DNA of 61,662 bases, counting the filler, from Asterionella formosa (lineage: Eukaryota): assembly GCA_002256025.1 (NCBI GenBank). It is 6 parts of 6 records of this genome, joined end to end, with 100 filler letters (N's around TTAATTAATTAA, not from the genome) between each part and the next. Parts side by side here need not be neighbours in the genome. Positions count along the whole stretch, not along the records: positions 41,192 to 51,380 come from NKIB01009789.1; positions 51,481 to 61,662 come from NKIB01009795.1; 4 more parts are not named here. One strand, given 5' to 3'. The position numbers and the translations under genes were made by a program. This document shows positions 48,236-61,616 of this stretch, piece by piece; within the stretch, counting starts at the first letter, position 1, and the number at the start of each line of letters is the position of its first letter. The notes beneath the pieces are model-generated. The model was not told the origin of the DNA, searched no databases, and was given only the letters and a program-made list of their open reading frames with translations.

Positions 48236-48805
48236 TGTAGCTTCACTATTTTACCCATCTTCCATTAGATAGGTAACTTAATCGGTTTATCAGACCCACG
48301 TAGCCTCTTCACTACCACAAAACCCGGTGTCTTGTACCCCTCAACGTACACAGCCATGATTGATTTTATATAGAGGGGATACTGGTAAGACGACATGGTT
48401 GCCAATGTGGATAATTCCAAGGTGCAAAGGCACCACATTGCACAGTGTGTAGAAATGGCATGGGCTAGAGTCTCAATTGAAAGAAGCAATTACCAATACC
48501 AGGAGGAGCATTGGATCTGAGGGCTTTGCTGCTGTGAACTTGTCAATTAAAATAGGATCGGATCATCTGATAATCTATTTTAGCATTTAATTTTAGTGAA
48601 ATAATCATTATTGTCAATTAGATTTATTATGGCAAAGCTTAGTCGAATAAATTAAGCTGATGTCTACAAAATACTAAACCGAAGTGATTCTACTGTTGAA
48701 AATGCTAATTTCTAATACCAATTACTAATGTTCTAATGTAGATTGGTTGAAGGACTTGAAGGCTTGTCCAGTTTTCATAACATCTATTCCTGAATCTGGA
48801 TGTCC

Positions 48806-49190
48806 TCAAGGAGCCGGAATGAACAAACTCCAAGGCAGGTTATTATGGCTTTTTGCCCTTTTGGCAGCATTTTCACTAGAATCACAGAGCTCACTGACTT
48901 GAGCAAACTTGTTGACAAACTTGTCGCTTGTTTTCTTTAAAGCTGCAATATTTTTGCCAAGGAATCCAATGGTGCACAGTTCCGTCCCATCAAGAATCAG
49001 AACAGCCTTGATACTACCTGCCTGATCAACTCCATCAATTGGGACCACTGATGTGATGCCTTGAACCGAACACAATCATTAGGCCTCACAATTGATCCAC
49101 AGCAGGCATGCTGCTCACAGCTTCTTCCATTGGTAGTACCTCTGAGGCCAAGGATTTGGCCATCACAAATGTCATCCGCAATTCTCATGT
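48806..49190 (-). pseudogene. Frameshifted fragment of a small HIRAN-like, probably transposon-associated protein
   Basis: ORFs 48997-49206 and 48806-49075 join to give ILGLRGTTNGRSCEQHACCG...IKAVLILDGTELCTIGFL...FAQVSEL. Family assignment is from memory only. Confidence 0.4.
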
Positions 49191-49959
49191 TGCTCCATGA
49201 ATACACCTACTGGTACCTGCATAGTATGTGAGAATATTTTCATAAACCCGGCATGTGATGATACTTTACAGGAAACAGTAATATACGAAAATAAAAATGA
49301 ATAAAAAGAATACGTTTATGTTGTGTTATTTTTTCTGTACACATAAAATAGTTGGGAGTGTTGTGCCAGATGTACAAAGGGGTACAAGACTATGGGGAGA
49401 TATGAGACACCAAGTTTTATGGTAGCCCTTATGGGTTGATTGTTGTGATATTCGAAGGAGAAACTGCTGGCCAGCGAGCAAATTTTTGTTCTCCATTCTG
49501 GGAGTCCGCTTTTGCGCATCGTTGTTCAGTGTTGGGGTCATCATCATGCCACCAAGATCCAAGAAGATTCGACAGGGTGGAATGGTCTCTAAGAGTATGA
49601 TTGTGGCGCAATGGGCAACAAGAGCACAAGTTCGCAAAGACCAGGGACAGGATGAGCTCCTGGAGCCGCTAGTTGATGTTGTTGAGGCGTAAGGGGTTGT
49701 GGAAATAAACCGTCTTCAGGAGGTTCCAATCCCTGGAACAGACCTGCAAGCAAGTGATTGGAGTCAGAGTGACAGTCCCTCTGGACCTGAAAACCCCAGT
49801 GATATTGGAGACAACAAAAGCAACAATAATGATGATGATCCATCAGGAGCGTCAGTAAATGATCATTTTGCCATTGCGCAAGCATTCATCAAGTTCAATT
49901 GTGTGATGGAAGAGCCTCAGTTTTGAGAAAAATCGATCACCTTTGGAATCTAGCCCAAT

Positions 49960-51380
49960 AACATCTCGTGATTGGTAATGGGGCAGTTTCAGCAACATCA
50001 TTTGCATGCCTTTTTGATAAAGGTTCTTTGGATAAGCTTTTCATTATGAAGGCTTCTTGACAGGAATGTGGGTCCTTGTGATTCAACCTCCTCAGGGTAT
50101 TACAAATTGATTTGAAACATTTAGTTGTGCTCATGTTGAGATTTAGGAATGCTTCACATGAGGGACACATGGAGGCAGTGCTTTGCATATTTGGTTATGT
50201 GAAAAGGTATTTATGGTCTTGGCTTGTCTTCAATCCAGCTTATAGAGATTGGACTACAGTCAATTGGTATGATGGTGCTGATTAGAAAGAATTCTACTCT
50301 GATGCTTTTGAGTTGACTCCACCAGGAGTGCTGGAGGCTCTTGAGAATGAGGTGCAAATCAACCTCTTTTGCGATGCCACACATGCAAATTGTCTTGCTA
50401 CTCACAGATTGACAATGGAGGTATTGGTATTCTCAAATGGTGCTGCTTTGAGGTGGTATTCCAAAAGGCAAAATACTCTTGAAATGTCAGCTTTTTTTAA
50501 TGGTGCAGCTGTGAGGTGGTATTCCAAAAGGCAAAATACTGTCAAAATGTCAGCTTTTGGGAGTGAGTTTGTAGCAATGAAAATTGCTATTGAAATGAAT
50601 GCTGCTCTTGTATATAAGTTATGTATGTGCTCATTGATGGTGCTGCAAATGTGTTTGGTGACAATGCAAGTGTGGTGAAGAATTTGATTAGGCCCAAGTC
50701 AACTTATAATAAAAGGCATAATGTGATTGCTTTTCATAAGTGTCATGAAGAATGTGCATGTGGATCAGCTCATGTGGCACATGGACCTGGTAAGGCAAGC
50801 TGCTCTGATGGTTTAACAACAAAACTTACTGGGGTGCCATTTTGTCATTTTGCCAGGAGTGTTTGACATTAAGTTATGTCTGTTATCTATTGCAACATTG
50901 CTTGAGAGCAATATTGAGTGGTGTTCAATACAGATCAAGGTTCAATGACTGTTCCTTTCCAAAATGGAATATGGAGAGAGTGGTTGCAAATCAGAATATA
51001 TGGATGGTATGGTTCAAAATGAACTGAGTGATGCAGGGCACTGGCAGAACTGGTTGTTGTTGCTGTAATCAAGAAGTGTGACATGGTGACATCCAGAATG
51101 CAGAATGGTTACCACTGTGGGGGGACTAGTACATTCTTGGTATACCTCAGTGTTTGGTGCATGCTCAACAGGGAGAATTGTTATGTTCAATCCTGCAAGG
51201 TCTGTCTTGTGATAGGCAGGCAGCCGGTACAAGTCTCTTGTAGGATTAGCATAGCATTTGACCCTCTCTGGTTGGGTAATTCTTGTCTGGAATATTTTGG
51301 GAATTCCCATGCAACAAGTGGTGTTGCATATTTTGTTTTTATACTTTGTGTGGTTTCCTTCAATAGCAATAATTATAACA
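49960..51380 (+). mobile_element. Very decayed Copia relic (RT end, RNase H, 3' LTR)
   Basis: LFCDATHANC, WYSKRQNT..SAFGSEFVAMK, FGDNASV and KRHNVIAFH; purine tract GGAGAGAG before ~50981; LTR-like segment to the contig end; internal 63-bp duplication at ~50436-50558. Confidence 0.85.
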
Positions 51381-51480
51381 NNNNNNNNNNNNNNNNNNNN
51401 NNNNNNNNNNNNNNNNNNNNNNNNTTAATTAATTAANNNNNNNNNNNNNNNNNNNNNNNNNNNNNNNNNNNNNNNNNNNN
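51381..51480. other. Artificial contig spacer
   Basis: N44-TTAATTAATTAA-N44. Confidence 0.99.
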
Positions 51481-51856
51481 TGTACAAGTAAAGCCTGGTA
51501 TGTATTGTTGTTCCACCCAAATTCAAAACAGCCAGCAATTCAACATTCCTCCGTATTCACGGTATGTAGACGATAACAGTGATTTCGTTTGCAGGGAAGG
51601 ATGTATCATTGTTTCGATCAATGCAACAAGGAACATCGGAACCAAACGCCAAGTAGAAGGAACTATTAACCAGCAAGGCTTGAGAAAGACAAACCGTATC
51701 AATCCTCGTAGGCGAGACAACAACAGGATCCGGATTTTGTTCCTACCAAAATACGAACCTTCCTCAGTTCTCAGACACGAAGCATTCCTTCGCCAATACA
51801 TACATCAGACGACAGATTATCCGCAGAAGCAGCTTGAGAGGCATTATCAGGAAAAC

Positions 51857-54800
51857 ATGGAATACGGCGGTAGCCTATCATTCGAAGCATCTGACCGTCG
51901 TTCATCACGAGATGATGGGATGAACGCCGAGGAAATTCCTCCAGTTGGTCCGTCCAATGATGCCCCTCATGGTCTCACACGTGATTCTCGAGGCAGCGCT
52001 GTAGCTTCTCGTGCATCTAAGAAACGAAAAAGGCTACCTGGGAAAGCTTGGACTTTTGAGGAGAAATCCATTATCGTGGAGGGCCTCAAAAATGGGTTGA
52101 GCTCCAAAGAAATTCACGAGAAATCATTACTACCAAATAGAACGTTAGTGGCTATAATGTTGCGAGCCACATCGTTAAAGAATAATAATAATGATCTAAC
52201 TGTCCAACCTGATCAGCTCCATGTGCCCATGGATCCATCAAATGTTGTTCCTCAAGTGACGAAAGTTGATTTCGGAAGCGGAACTGTGACGCCTGTTGCA
52301 ACAAAGAAGCAAAAACAGGGACAATGGACTGAGGAGGAGAAATCTGTTGTAAACATGGGTCGTATGAAGGGGTTGAGCTACAAAGCAATTCATGGAATGC
52401 TCCCAAATAGATCGATTAAAGCGATCGTGTCGCAAGCTAAACTATTGATAAGAGATAATCATGCTGCAAGTGAATCTGCTACAGACAGTACCAATCCTGT
52501 CAGACCTGTCAGCAAGCGCAAGTCTGTGGACCGTTCCATGGAGGGAACACGTCAAGGCCTTCCAGAAAACTCTGATAATGAGCCTATTCGACCGGATCGT
52601 GCTGGTGAAGGTTTTCAAGAGTTTATTTGCAAAGAATTCGAACGACCAGTAGACGACAAGGAAGACAGGGATATCGAAGGTTCTGATTGGGGTGCTGAAC
52701 CTGCCCAACCCCAAAATCTTTTGAATCCATCGAATGGCGACCCTCAAGCGATATCAGCTAAATTTGAAGGCGGAGCTATGACGCATGCTGCAACAAAGAA
52801 GCAAAAACAGGGACAATGGACTGAGGAGGAGAAATCTATTGTAAACATGGGTCGTTTGCAGGGGTTGAGCTACAAAGCAATTCACGATATGCTCCCAAAT
52901 CGATCGATTAAAGCAATTGCTTCGCAAGCTACATTATTGAGAAGAGATAATCATACTGCAAGTGAATCTGCTGCAGATGCTGTCAATGCTGGTGGACTTG
53001 ACAGCAAGCGCAAGCCTGTGGACCGTTCCATTGAGGGAAAAGGTGATGGCCTTGCAGAAAATTCCGATATTGAGCCTATTCGACCCCGTCGTCCTGGTGA
53101 AGTTTTTCAAAATTTCATCAAGAAAGAATTGGAACGACTAGCATACGACAAAAAGGGAAGAGAAATCGAAGGTTCTGATTTGGGTGCTGAACCTGTCCCT
53201 CCCCAACAACTTTTGAATCCTTCGAATGATGATCCTCAAGTGAGGATTGCTGTTTTCGGAGGGGAATCTGTACCGCCTGTTGCAGCTAAGAAGCGAAGAA
53301 AGGGACAAGTTGCAAATAGATGGACTGAGGAAGAGAAGTGTATTGTAAACATGGGTTGTTTGAAGGGGTTGAGCTACAAGGCAATTCACGACATGCTCCC
53401 GCATAGATCAATTAAAGCGATTGCGTTGCAAGCTACATTACATGTAGGAGATAATCACGCTGCAAGTGAATCTGCTGCAGATACTGTCAATGCTGGTGGA
53501 CCTGTCAGCAAGCGCGAGTCGGTGGACCGTTCCATAGAGGGAAAAGGTGAAGGCCTTGCAGAAAATTCCGATATTGAGCCTGTTCGACCCCGCCGTCCTG
53601 GTGAAGTTTTTCAAAATTTCATCAAGGAAGAATTGGAACGACTAGCATACGACAAAAAGGGAAGAGAAATCGAAGGTTCTGATTGGGATGCTGAACCTGT
53701 CCCTCCCCAAAACCTTTTGAATCCTTCGAATGATGCTCCTCACGTGAGGATTGCTGTTTTCGGAGGGGAATCTGTACCGCCTGTTGCAGCTAAGAAGCAA
53801 AGAAAGGGAAAAGCTGCAAATAAATGGACTGAGGAAGAGAAATCTATTGTAAACATGGGTCGTTTGAAAGGGTTGAGCCACAAAGCGATTCATGATATGC
53901 TCCCAAATAGATCAATTAAAGCGATTGCGTTGCAAGCTACATTATTGACAAAAGAGAATCATGCTGAAAATGAATCTGCTGCAGATACGGTCAATCCTGT
54001 TAGACCTGGCAGCAAGCGCAAGGCTGTGGACCGTTCTACGGACGGAAGAGGTGAAGGCCTTCCAGAATATTCCGATATTGAGTCTATTCGACCCCGTCGC
54101 TCCGGTGAAGTTTTTCAACAGTATATTAATAAAGAATTGGAACGACTAACAGCCGGCAAGGCAGGAAGGGAAATTGAAGGTTCTGATTGGGTTGCTGAAC
54201 CTGTCCAACCCCAAATTCTCTTAAATCCATTTAAAAGCGATCCTCAATTGATATCAGCTGAATTTAAAGGCGGAACTGCGACGCATGTTGCAACTAAGAA
54301 GCAAAGGAAAGGACAAGCTGAAAAGAAATGGACTGAGGGGGAAAAATCCATTATTTATATGGCTCGTTTGCAAGGGTTGAGCTTTAGAGCGATTCACGAA
54401 ATTCTACCAAATAGATCGATTAGAGCGATTGCGTTGCAAGCTACATTATTGATACAAGATAACTACACAGCCAGCGAAACTGCTACAGATACCTTCTATC
54501 CTCTTAAACCTGTCAGCAAGAACAAGCCTTTGGTCCGTTCCATGGAAGGACCAAGTAAAAGCTTTCCAGAGAGTTCTGTTATTGAGCCTATTCGACCTAG
54601 CCGTGCTGAAGTTTTTCAAGAGATCATTAATGAAGAATTGGAACGACTAACAGTCGACAAGGAAGGAAGGGACATTGAAAGTTCTGATTGGGGTGCTCAA
54701 CGTGTCCCCCTCCAAAATTGTTTGAATCTATCGAATAGTGACGCTCAAGAGACCTCAGCTGATTTTGATGTTGGAACTTTAACTTCTGTTGCAACTAAGC

Positions 54801-57411
54801 AACTAAATAAGGTAAAAACTGCACGTAATTTGAATGACCAATCCGGTCAGCTGCAGAATGCAGTGGAGGATTCCAAAAATGCCCCCCAGCTGATGCAAGC
54901 TGATGTTGGAGGCAATTCTGAGGCGCTGAAAATTCCTAGTCCAGAGGAACTTGCTCAGTACGTTGAGGAAACTTCTTGGAGGTACAACAGCAACAGTATC
55001 CCCGAGTCGGTTGATCCAAATAATTTTCGTGAGCTACTTCCACTAGCACCACCAGCTCCCCTGCCTCCATTTCCCCAAACTGGAGATTGTGTCTGGACAT
55101 TCAATGAACAGTCGCGGGTTCTCTTAGGCAGTTTCCGTAAAGAAGGAGAATGCACCACAGTGAATGATGAAGATAGAGAATTTCTCTTTGACATGATGGA
55201 GCGAAACGACGTGACAGTTGTTACGGAGGGAAATGCTGACGAACTAGATCCTGACATCTGGAGTCTTGAATTTATCAAAAAAAGCGTAGGAGCAAAGTAT
55301 CACCACAAATTTCGTCGATTCACGGCGCTATCGCCCAATCATCCGACAGATTACCAGGAAGTGGATGGCTATTTGGTAATGAAGATTTCGGATTACTTTG
55401 AATTTCTTGCGAAAAGGGAAAATGTGATGATGAAATTGGACTCAGGTGAATCAATAGATCAGGACCTCACGTATGTGTACCTTGATGCGGATGACCAGCA
55501 AAAGTCCCTGAATCTTTTGAATGATGTTGTTTATATGATTGATTATGATATTGTTAAGATGTTGCCAGAACACAATGATGACCTAATGTCAAAGATGAAG
55601 CTGCCAGAGTTTCTACCAGGTGGTAGGAAATGCATGATGAACGCGGTAGGTGAATCTTTCTTTACTTTTTCATTTGCAATTCTTTTTCATCACTCTTAAT
55701 TCAATCCCTTGACCAGATTAATCAAAATGGACGACCCTTCATGGGACCAAATTTGTACATGACGCGTAAGTGTTGGCGTTCTGATTTTGATTTGTTGCCT
55801 TGATTCACTCGACTGGGTGAACTAAACTGTTTTCTTCCTTCGAACACCTCATGACAGCTGGCGGATCATTCACAGCAGTTCACCAAGATGGTTTTGGAAC
55901 TGTTGACTCAGGTCATCTTTGCCTGTCGGGCTTCAACGAAGTAAGTCTGGTTTACCTTGAATCCCTTGTGCATTTTCATCCAATAAGGAACTAAACTTAG
56001 TTCTAACTTCCCACTGCAGGTTGTAATGCTCCGCCGAATGCCCGAAAACCACAAAGGCAACGCTCTTCGTTTACTTTATGGAGAAACCAGTTATGATCCT
56101 CTTCATGAGCTGCCACATGGTGACTTGCTGGTGCGTTTGTTTGCATGTTTGCCACGTTTTGGTACCCTGCATATAATAACTAACTGTTTATTTGCATGTT
56201 TCTCCAATCAGGGAACGAAGCCTAAGTGGCCAACGAAACTAGGCATTGAACTTTGCAGGAAGATGAAGTAAGTAAGCTAGTAATTTCGCCTGTCGTGCTT
56301 GTTGTATTTTTCTTGTCATCTCAGCTTTTGTTCCAGCTACTGCCCATCGGTATTCATCCTCTCAGCTGGTCAACAGGTACACATTAATAAAGGTAGATTA
56401 CATGCCTTCAGAAAGTTGACCCCTGGTGATGTTGCCGACAACGACTGTCACAAAGATCTCCGCCTTGACATAATCAGCAACACATCGCGAGAAATTCTAT
56501 TCAAGAATTGCATATCAGTCGCTTGGGATTGGATGTATCTTGGGAATTCAAGTGAAGGCATAAATAGAGAGGTGGTATCAATTCTTGAATGCACAGCAAT
56601 TAACAGAGTGTTTGGGAAGATGTCATTGGCCATTCCTGAGCTTGCTATCCTTGAATTGGCTCGAAAGCACAGCAGTCTCCTTATGTCCAAAATATCAAAT
56701 GATACTTTTCTTGCTTTTAAGAAGCCATCCTGTGCCAAACAAGCAGGCGACTCAACAATGATTTTGGCTGGGATCTTGCCTGCGTTGCAAGTTGTTGTTG
56801 GGCAACATGTAGACATAACTCAGGAAACGATTAAAAAGGAACTCAAAGGAGTCAAAATTGCCAAAAGGCCAAACTCTTGGGAAAATCCTCAGTTGTTTGC
56901 CTTGGATCCTTATGGAAACAGTGATTTCTTTTGTAAACTGTGCTCCTGCGAATTGTCAAATCTTTACATGCATTGTGATGGCTGCGAAAACTTGCTTTTC
57001 AAGGATTTTAACATTTGTGTGCAATGCCATGCTGAAAGAAAATATGCTGTGAAGGTTGCTATGCATCCCTGCAATCATGAGAAAAGACACTGTGCAATAA
57101 ACCATGTTGGAAATATGGCACATACCCGTCAAAAACGTTGTCCGTGTAAGAATGGCCCAGCCTGCTCATTTTGCTCATATTGTTTGGGCTGCTCCTGCAC
57201 GTGTCATACTTCATTCACCTTGCACCAAAGGCTTCTTAATAGCCATGATGAGCTTGAACTATGTATTTTGGCCACTGCAATTGTGGGGGATAAGAAACTG
57301 CGCTATGCTGATGAAGTTGCACCAAGACTGAAGGCAGCCATCCAAAGTGCTACCAACAAGTTGACCGCACAAAATATAAAAATTAGTTCACAGGCGAAGC
57401 TGTCATCTTAA
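51857..57411 (+). CDS. JmjC-domain protein (putative histone lysine demethylase) with six Myb/SANT-like repeats and C-terminal Cys-rich Zn-binding region; exons ~51857-55645, 55717-55765, 55858-55940, 56020-56130, 56212-56267, 56337-57411
   Basis: Five GT-AG introns (71, 92, 79, 81, 69 nt) give GPNLYMTPGGSFTAVHQDG...HINKGRLHAFRK...SVAWDW (HxD...H triad), then CKLC...HCDGC...CVQCH. The start codon is uncertain because the frame is open from 51500. Confidence 0.88.
52220..54800 (+). repeat. Intragenic tandem repeat, five units of 492-504 nt, each with one Myb-like motif
   Basis: TGGACTGAGG (WTE) at 52325, 52817, 53321, 53825 and 54329, with a sixth diverged motif at 52049. Units 3 and 4 are the most similar. 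Confidence 0.95.
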
Positions 57412-58961
57412 AGACCTCACAGCACATTGACTCGAATTGATACTCCTTCTGCACTGCCATTGTGACCTGCCACATGCATCATGACCTCCTCTGAGGATGT
57501 GATTTTATACTCAAACCTTTTTCCAATTAGGAACTCAATGGCAGCAATCAATCAATAATCAGTCTAGAAGTGACCTGACTAATACTTTGGCCATCCTGAC
57601 AAATTGGGATTTTGACCCTTTGTACTACCCCTGTAGAAAATGTGGAGTAGATTCATTTAGGAATATAATAAAAATGTGGCACTTGAAAGCCTCTGGAGCT
57701 CACTACTCAAATCAATCATGAAATCATTATGTACTCAAATACTTCATAAAAATGTGCTTCCTCTGTCCAATAACTTGTGTCAGCTATAAAAAATTATCCA
57801 GGGACATTTTGACTAATACAATTTTCTCCAAGTTAATCATTGTGCAAAATGCTGTGTATCTTCCACCCTGTTATGCCACCTTGTTAGTGGGATGACAAAT
57901 CCCTGCCACCCACGCATGGCTTCATTGGGGCCATACACAATGTTGATGGTAGCACCAACAAATGTCATGACCTACTCACTTGGTTACAAACCAAAACTGT
58001 TGGGGGTGATTGGATGCCATTGATCCCAAGAGTCGTATACCCATTGTAGCTACTGAAATGCTTCAAAATGTCATGCCATTGTTGGGCCAGCTCCAATTTT
58101 GCCACTTGCAATGCCACCCTGGCCACCAACACTCTGTTGGTCCATTTCCATCGCCTTGTACTTTTTGCACTGATTTTCCTATATTAAGTTCATGTCGTGA
58201 TTCATATTCCTATGGAATCTGATTAGGTCAAGTGGTGAATGAATATTCGAGGATACAGAGTGGCTACTTTTGCCTTTGATGATTTCAAGGTTGAAGGTGA
58301 ACTAGTTGAAAGTAGCTTGCCTACAAGTGTAGAAATAGGCTAGTAAGAATACGCTAATTGACATATATATATATACTACTGCTACAATGAAGACTCTAAC
58401 CGGGAAAATATGTAGCTGTAGCAAATCTATCGAATATGCGAATTTTGTTACACAGAAATAGCTGTTGCAGGTATTCGCGTTCATCTGATGATCGTGTCAT
58501 TGTAGTCGGGCTCAGTAGAAAATAAGAGCTGCAATCAAAGCTATTTCTTTTCGGAAAGGCTACAATTTGTCTACAATGATTATTTCATCAAATATAATTC
58601 GGTTAACAAATCAAAGGATCAGAAACGTTGGTAGATATGTTTTATATAAACTGGCACCCGTAGTTCTATAGAAAAAGGAGTCGCATACCGGTACTATATT
58701 AGTGTACATCGAATATCGTTGTAGTCAGTCGAAAATGAGAGGTATTTCCGAGATACTTCAAATAGTTAACAGTGATATCTCTAGCAAGTGGCTGGCCTTA
58801 GCGAAAGTAGCAATGGATGTATAGCTAGCTGTGTTAAATCGAATTGAATGATATAATTTATTTTGTGGTTTTTCAAATGATGGATCAAACATCTATATCG
58901 TTGTCTCTTTCTATAAAACAAATTTCGGTAAATAATCGCTATTTTATCGTGTTTTATCACC

Positions 58962-61616
58962 ATGAACGACGACGATTGCTGTTTGATATCTGGTAAGGGT
59001 CCATTTGTTTCCCTTTACCGTCATTACGCACATAGTCCCGAATGCGAAACAGCTGCTGAGTTGTTTCGTAAACCAGCAACTGGTCCAGACGACGGTCAGG
59101 AAGAATATGATGGATTTCATCAATCTCCACCATCACCTGCTGATGACTTTTCGTCGTCATTAAAGAAAAGGGCCAAAATGTGCGTGTCATGTTCAAACAC
59201 TACACTTTGGCGATCATACCAATATATATGACATTGATCAAAAGAAGATGAAGAAAATACAAGTGAAATAGTGGTACAGGATGAAACCAATACTATTCCA
59301 GTCCTGAGCACCACAGGGATTAGGTTCTCCTCCGCTGATCCTGGTATACCATTCTCAGTTGGCGATGTTATGAAGTCTCGACTGCTTAGTCTTTTGCTTG
59401 GCACCCGTTCTCCTCTATATATGTATGATCAAATCATGAATTTCTGCAGCACAGCTCAGGAAGCTGGATTCATTTTTAAATCTTGTCCTCCCAGGAGGAC
59501 CACTGTTCTGAAATAATTTCAAAACCGATTTAATATGAATGAGTTAACTCCCCAGGTGAAACAGGCCGTATTGAATGATGGAAAACTGATTGATGTTGTA
59601 TGTTTTGAGTTCATGGCTCAGGTTAAGAATATCTTGACAAATGACACACTAATGTCACCACAAAATGCGTCATTTGATTTCGTCAATCTGTGTAAAGCAC
59701 CACAACGCACCATTGTCAGATCCGAATTTCACACTGGTACCTGGTGGATAGATGCCCATGAATACTTATGTTCTCAGCCAAATGACTTCCTTGTTACACT
59801 CATGTTCTTTATTGACAAGACACACACGGTTGAAAAAGGAAAGTACAAAATGGAGCCTGTCCTAATGTCACTTGGTATATTTACTACCAATGTGAGAATT
59901 AAGGTCAATGCATGGCAGCCTATCAGATTGATCCCAAAGCTGACCTCATCAAGTCTATATGAAATCCAGTCCCTAACCCCTGATCAAAAGGAATACGATT
60001 ATCACGCTGTCCTTGGTGTGATTCTTGAGGGGGTCAAGAATGTCTAACAAGCTGGTGGATTCAAACACATTTTCAATTTCGGAGGCAATCAATTTACACT
60101 TAATGTGAAAGTTCCGGTTGGTCTAATTCTCGGTGATGCTGAGGTTTAGATGGACAATGCGGGCGAAAGAAAACATATCTAAAGACTGCCAGAATGTGTC
60201 GTAATGTTCCTCCTGAAAACTCCATTCCATTCAAGAAGGAATAATGGATCACTTCTTGGAGCTATATTCTTATATCATCGGGCGCCCCAAGACAGTGAAG
60301 GGTAATTCCAATCGAAACCTTTTTGACCAGTTGTTCAACAAAATATCTAAACTCTTCCTTCACCAGAGTGACCAAGACCTTCCTCGTTGTTCTTTCAATG
60401 TCGGCTTCCATGGTTGCAAAACGAAAATAACTGCTAACGAAAGAATCGGAATGATGCTTATTGCCTGTGATGCTGGAATCAAAATCTGCCGAGAAGAAAG
60501 TGGTATGACCAATCAAGAAATTCGAAACTTTCAAGGTCTATTCGAAGGGATGCTCCTACAATGCCTGGTTTAGCTAGTAAAGAGAGCTATGATGTCGGAA
60601 ATTTACCACAGGAACACCAATGCGTTGTCAACTATTTTACCAAGCTGGTAAAAGAATGCCCGAGAACAAAAGCCTCTAAGGGATGGAAGCTTGCGAAGTT
60701 TCATCAACAGATGCATACTATAAGAAACATTCATCGTTTCGGAAGTCCACAGGTTTTTAATGGAGGCCCAATGGAAAAGAATCTTGAATTCTTATGTAAA
60801 TTACCAGCCAGGACTTCCCAGAAACGCAAAGATGTGATGGATATTCAAAGTGGGGCGAGAATGGTGGAGAACATGGTGATCGGAACCGCTTGTAGTCAGT
60901 TTCTTGGCGAAGATATTGGAGAATTACAATACGAGTTGGAAGCTGTCCCACTTGACATTGGAATTGTGAAATCCAAAACAGGAGGTACTCGATATTCTCT
61001 TCTGATTGAAGAAGATGGAAATGGTGAATTTGAGATTGCCAGGGTCTCATCATCATCAAGTAGCATCTGCAAAACTGGGGTTGACCGAGATCTGGTGCGA
61101 AGCCTAGGCGAACAACTCCTTCCTTTCATTTTGTCAATGGAAATTGAAGTGATGTGCGTTCACACTCGTAGTGACAACGTAATATTTCATTCCCATCCAA
61201 GCTACCGTGGAGGTCATTCCTGGTATGATTGGGCAGAGTTTGCTTGGTTATATGGAGAAACAGAAGTTGAGTCAATTGTGCTTGGACAGATCTACGGTTT
61301 TATTGAAATGGAATTGGGTCCGTCTTCGATCAATTTCACTCATCCAAGATTACCATCATCCTTGAGAAATCAAAGCCTTGGTGTCTTTGCAATTTTTCAC
61401 TCCTGTAAATATGCCACAGAACCTTTGCACAACTACTCAAGGTTGCTGTTAAGGGCTGATCTCACGTTGGATCAACATGGAAACAAAGAACTTTTGTTTG
61501 TTACCGTGGATTGCATTCATTCTCCTGCTGTTATTGTTCCTAATTTAGGAGCCTCTCCAGGTAAGGTGATTCAAATCCAGCCGCAGTCTGCCTGGGCATC
61601 CCTATTCCATTTTTGA
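58962..61616 (+). mobile_element. Plavaka-type (CACTA-related) transposase pseudogene
   Basis: N-terminal Zn-finger-like C...F.SL.RH....C, EFHTGTWW, LMFFIDKTH, MEPVLMSLGIF, LILGDAE, KFHQQMH..RFGSP, KLPARTSQKR and HPSYRGGHSWYDW. In-frame stops at 59229, 59514 and 60045 plus later frameshifts. Confidence 0.8.

Noticed and set aside
57500..58200. Possible minus-strand Copia relic
   Set aside because: Only a faint VYGP-like hint; too decayed to support.
59229..60047. Stop-codon readthrough or alternative genetic code in the Plavaka ORF
   Set aside because: Mixed TGA/TAA stops plus frameshifts, while host genes use standard stops; this is ordinary decay.
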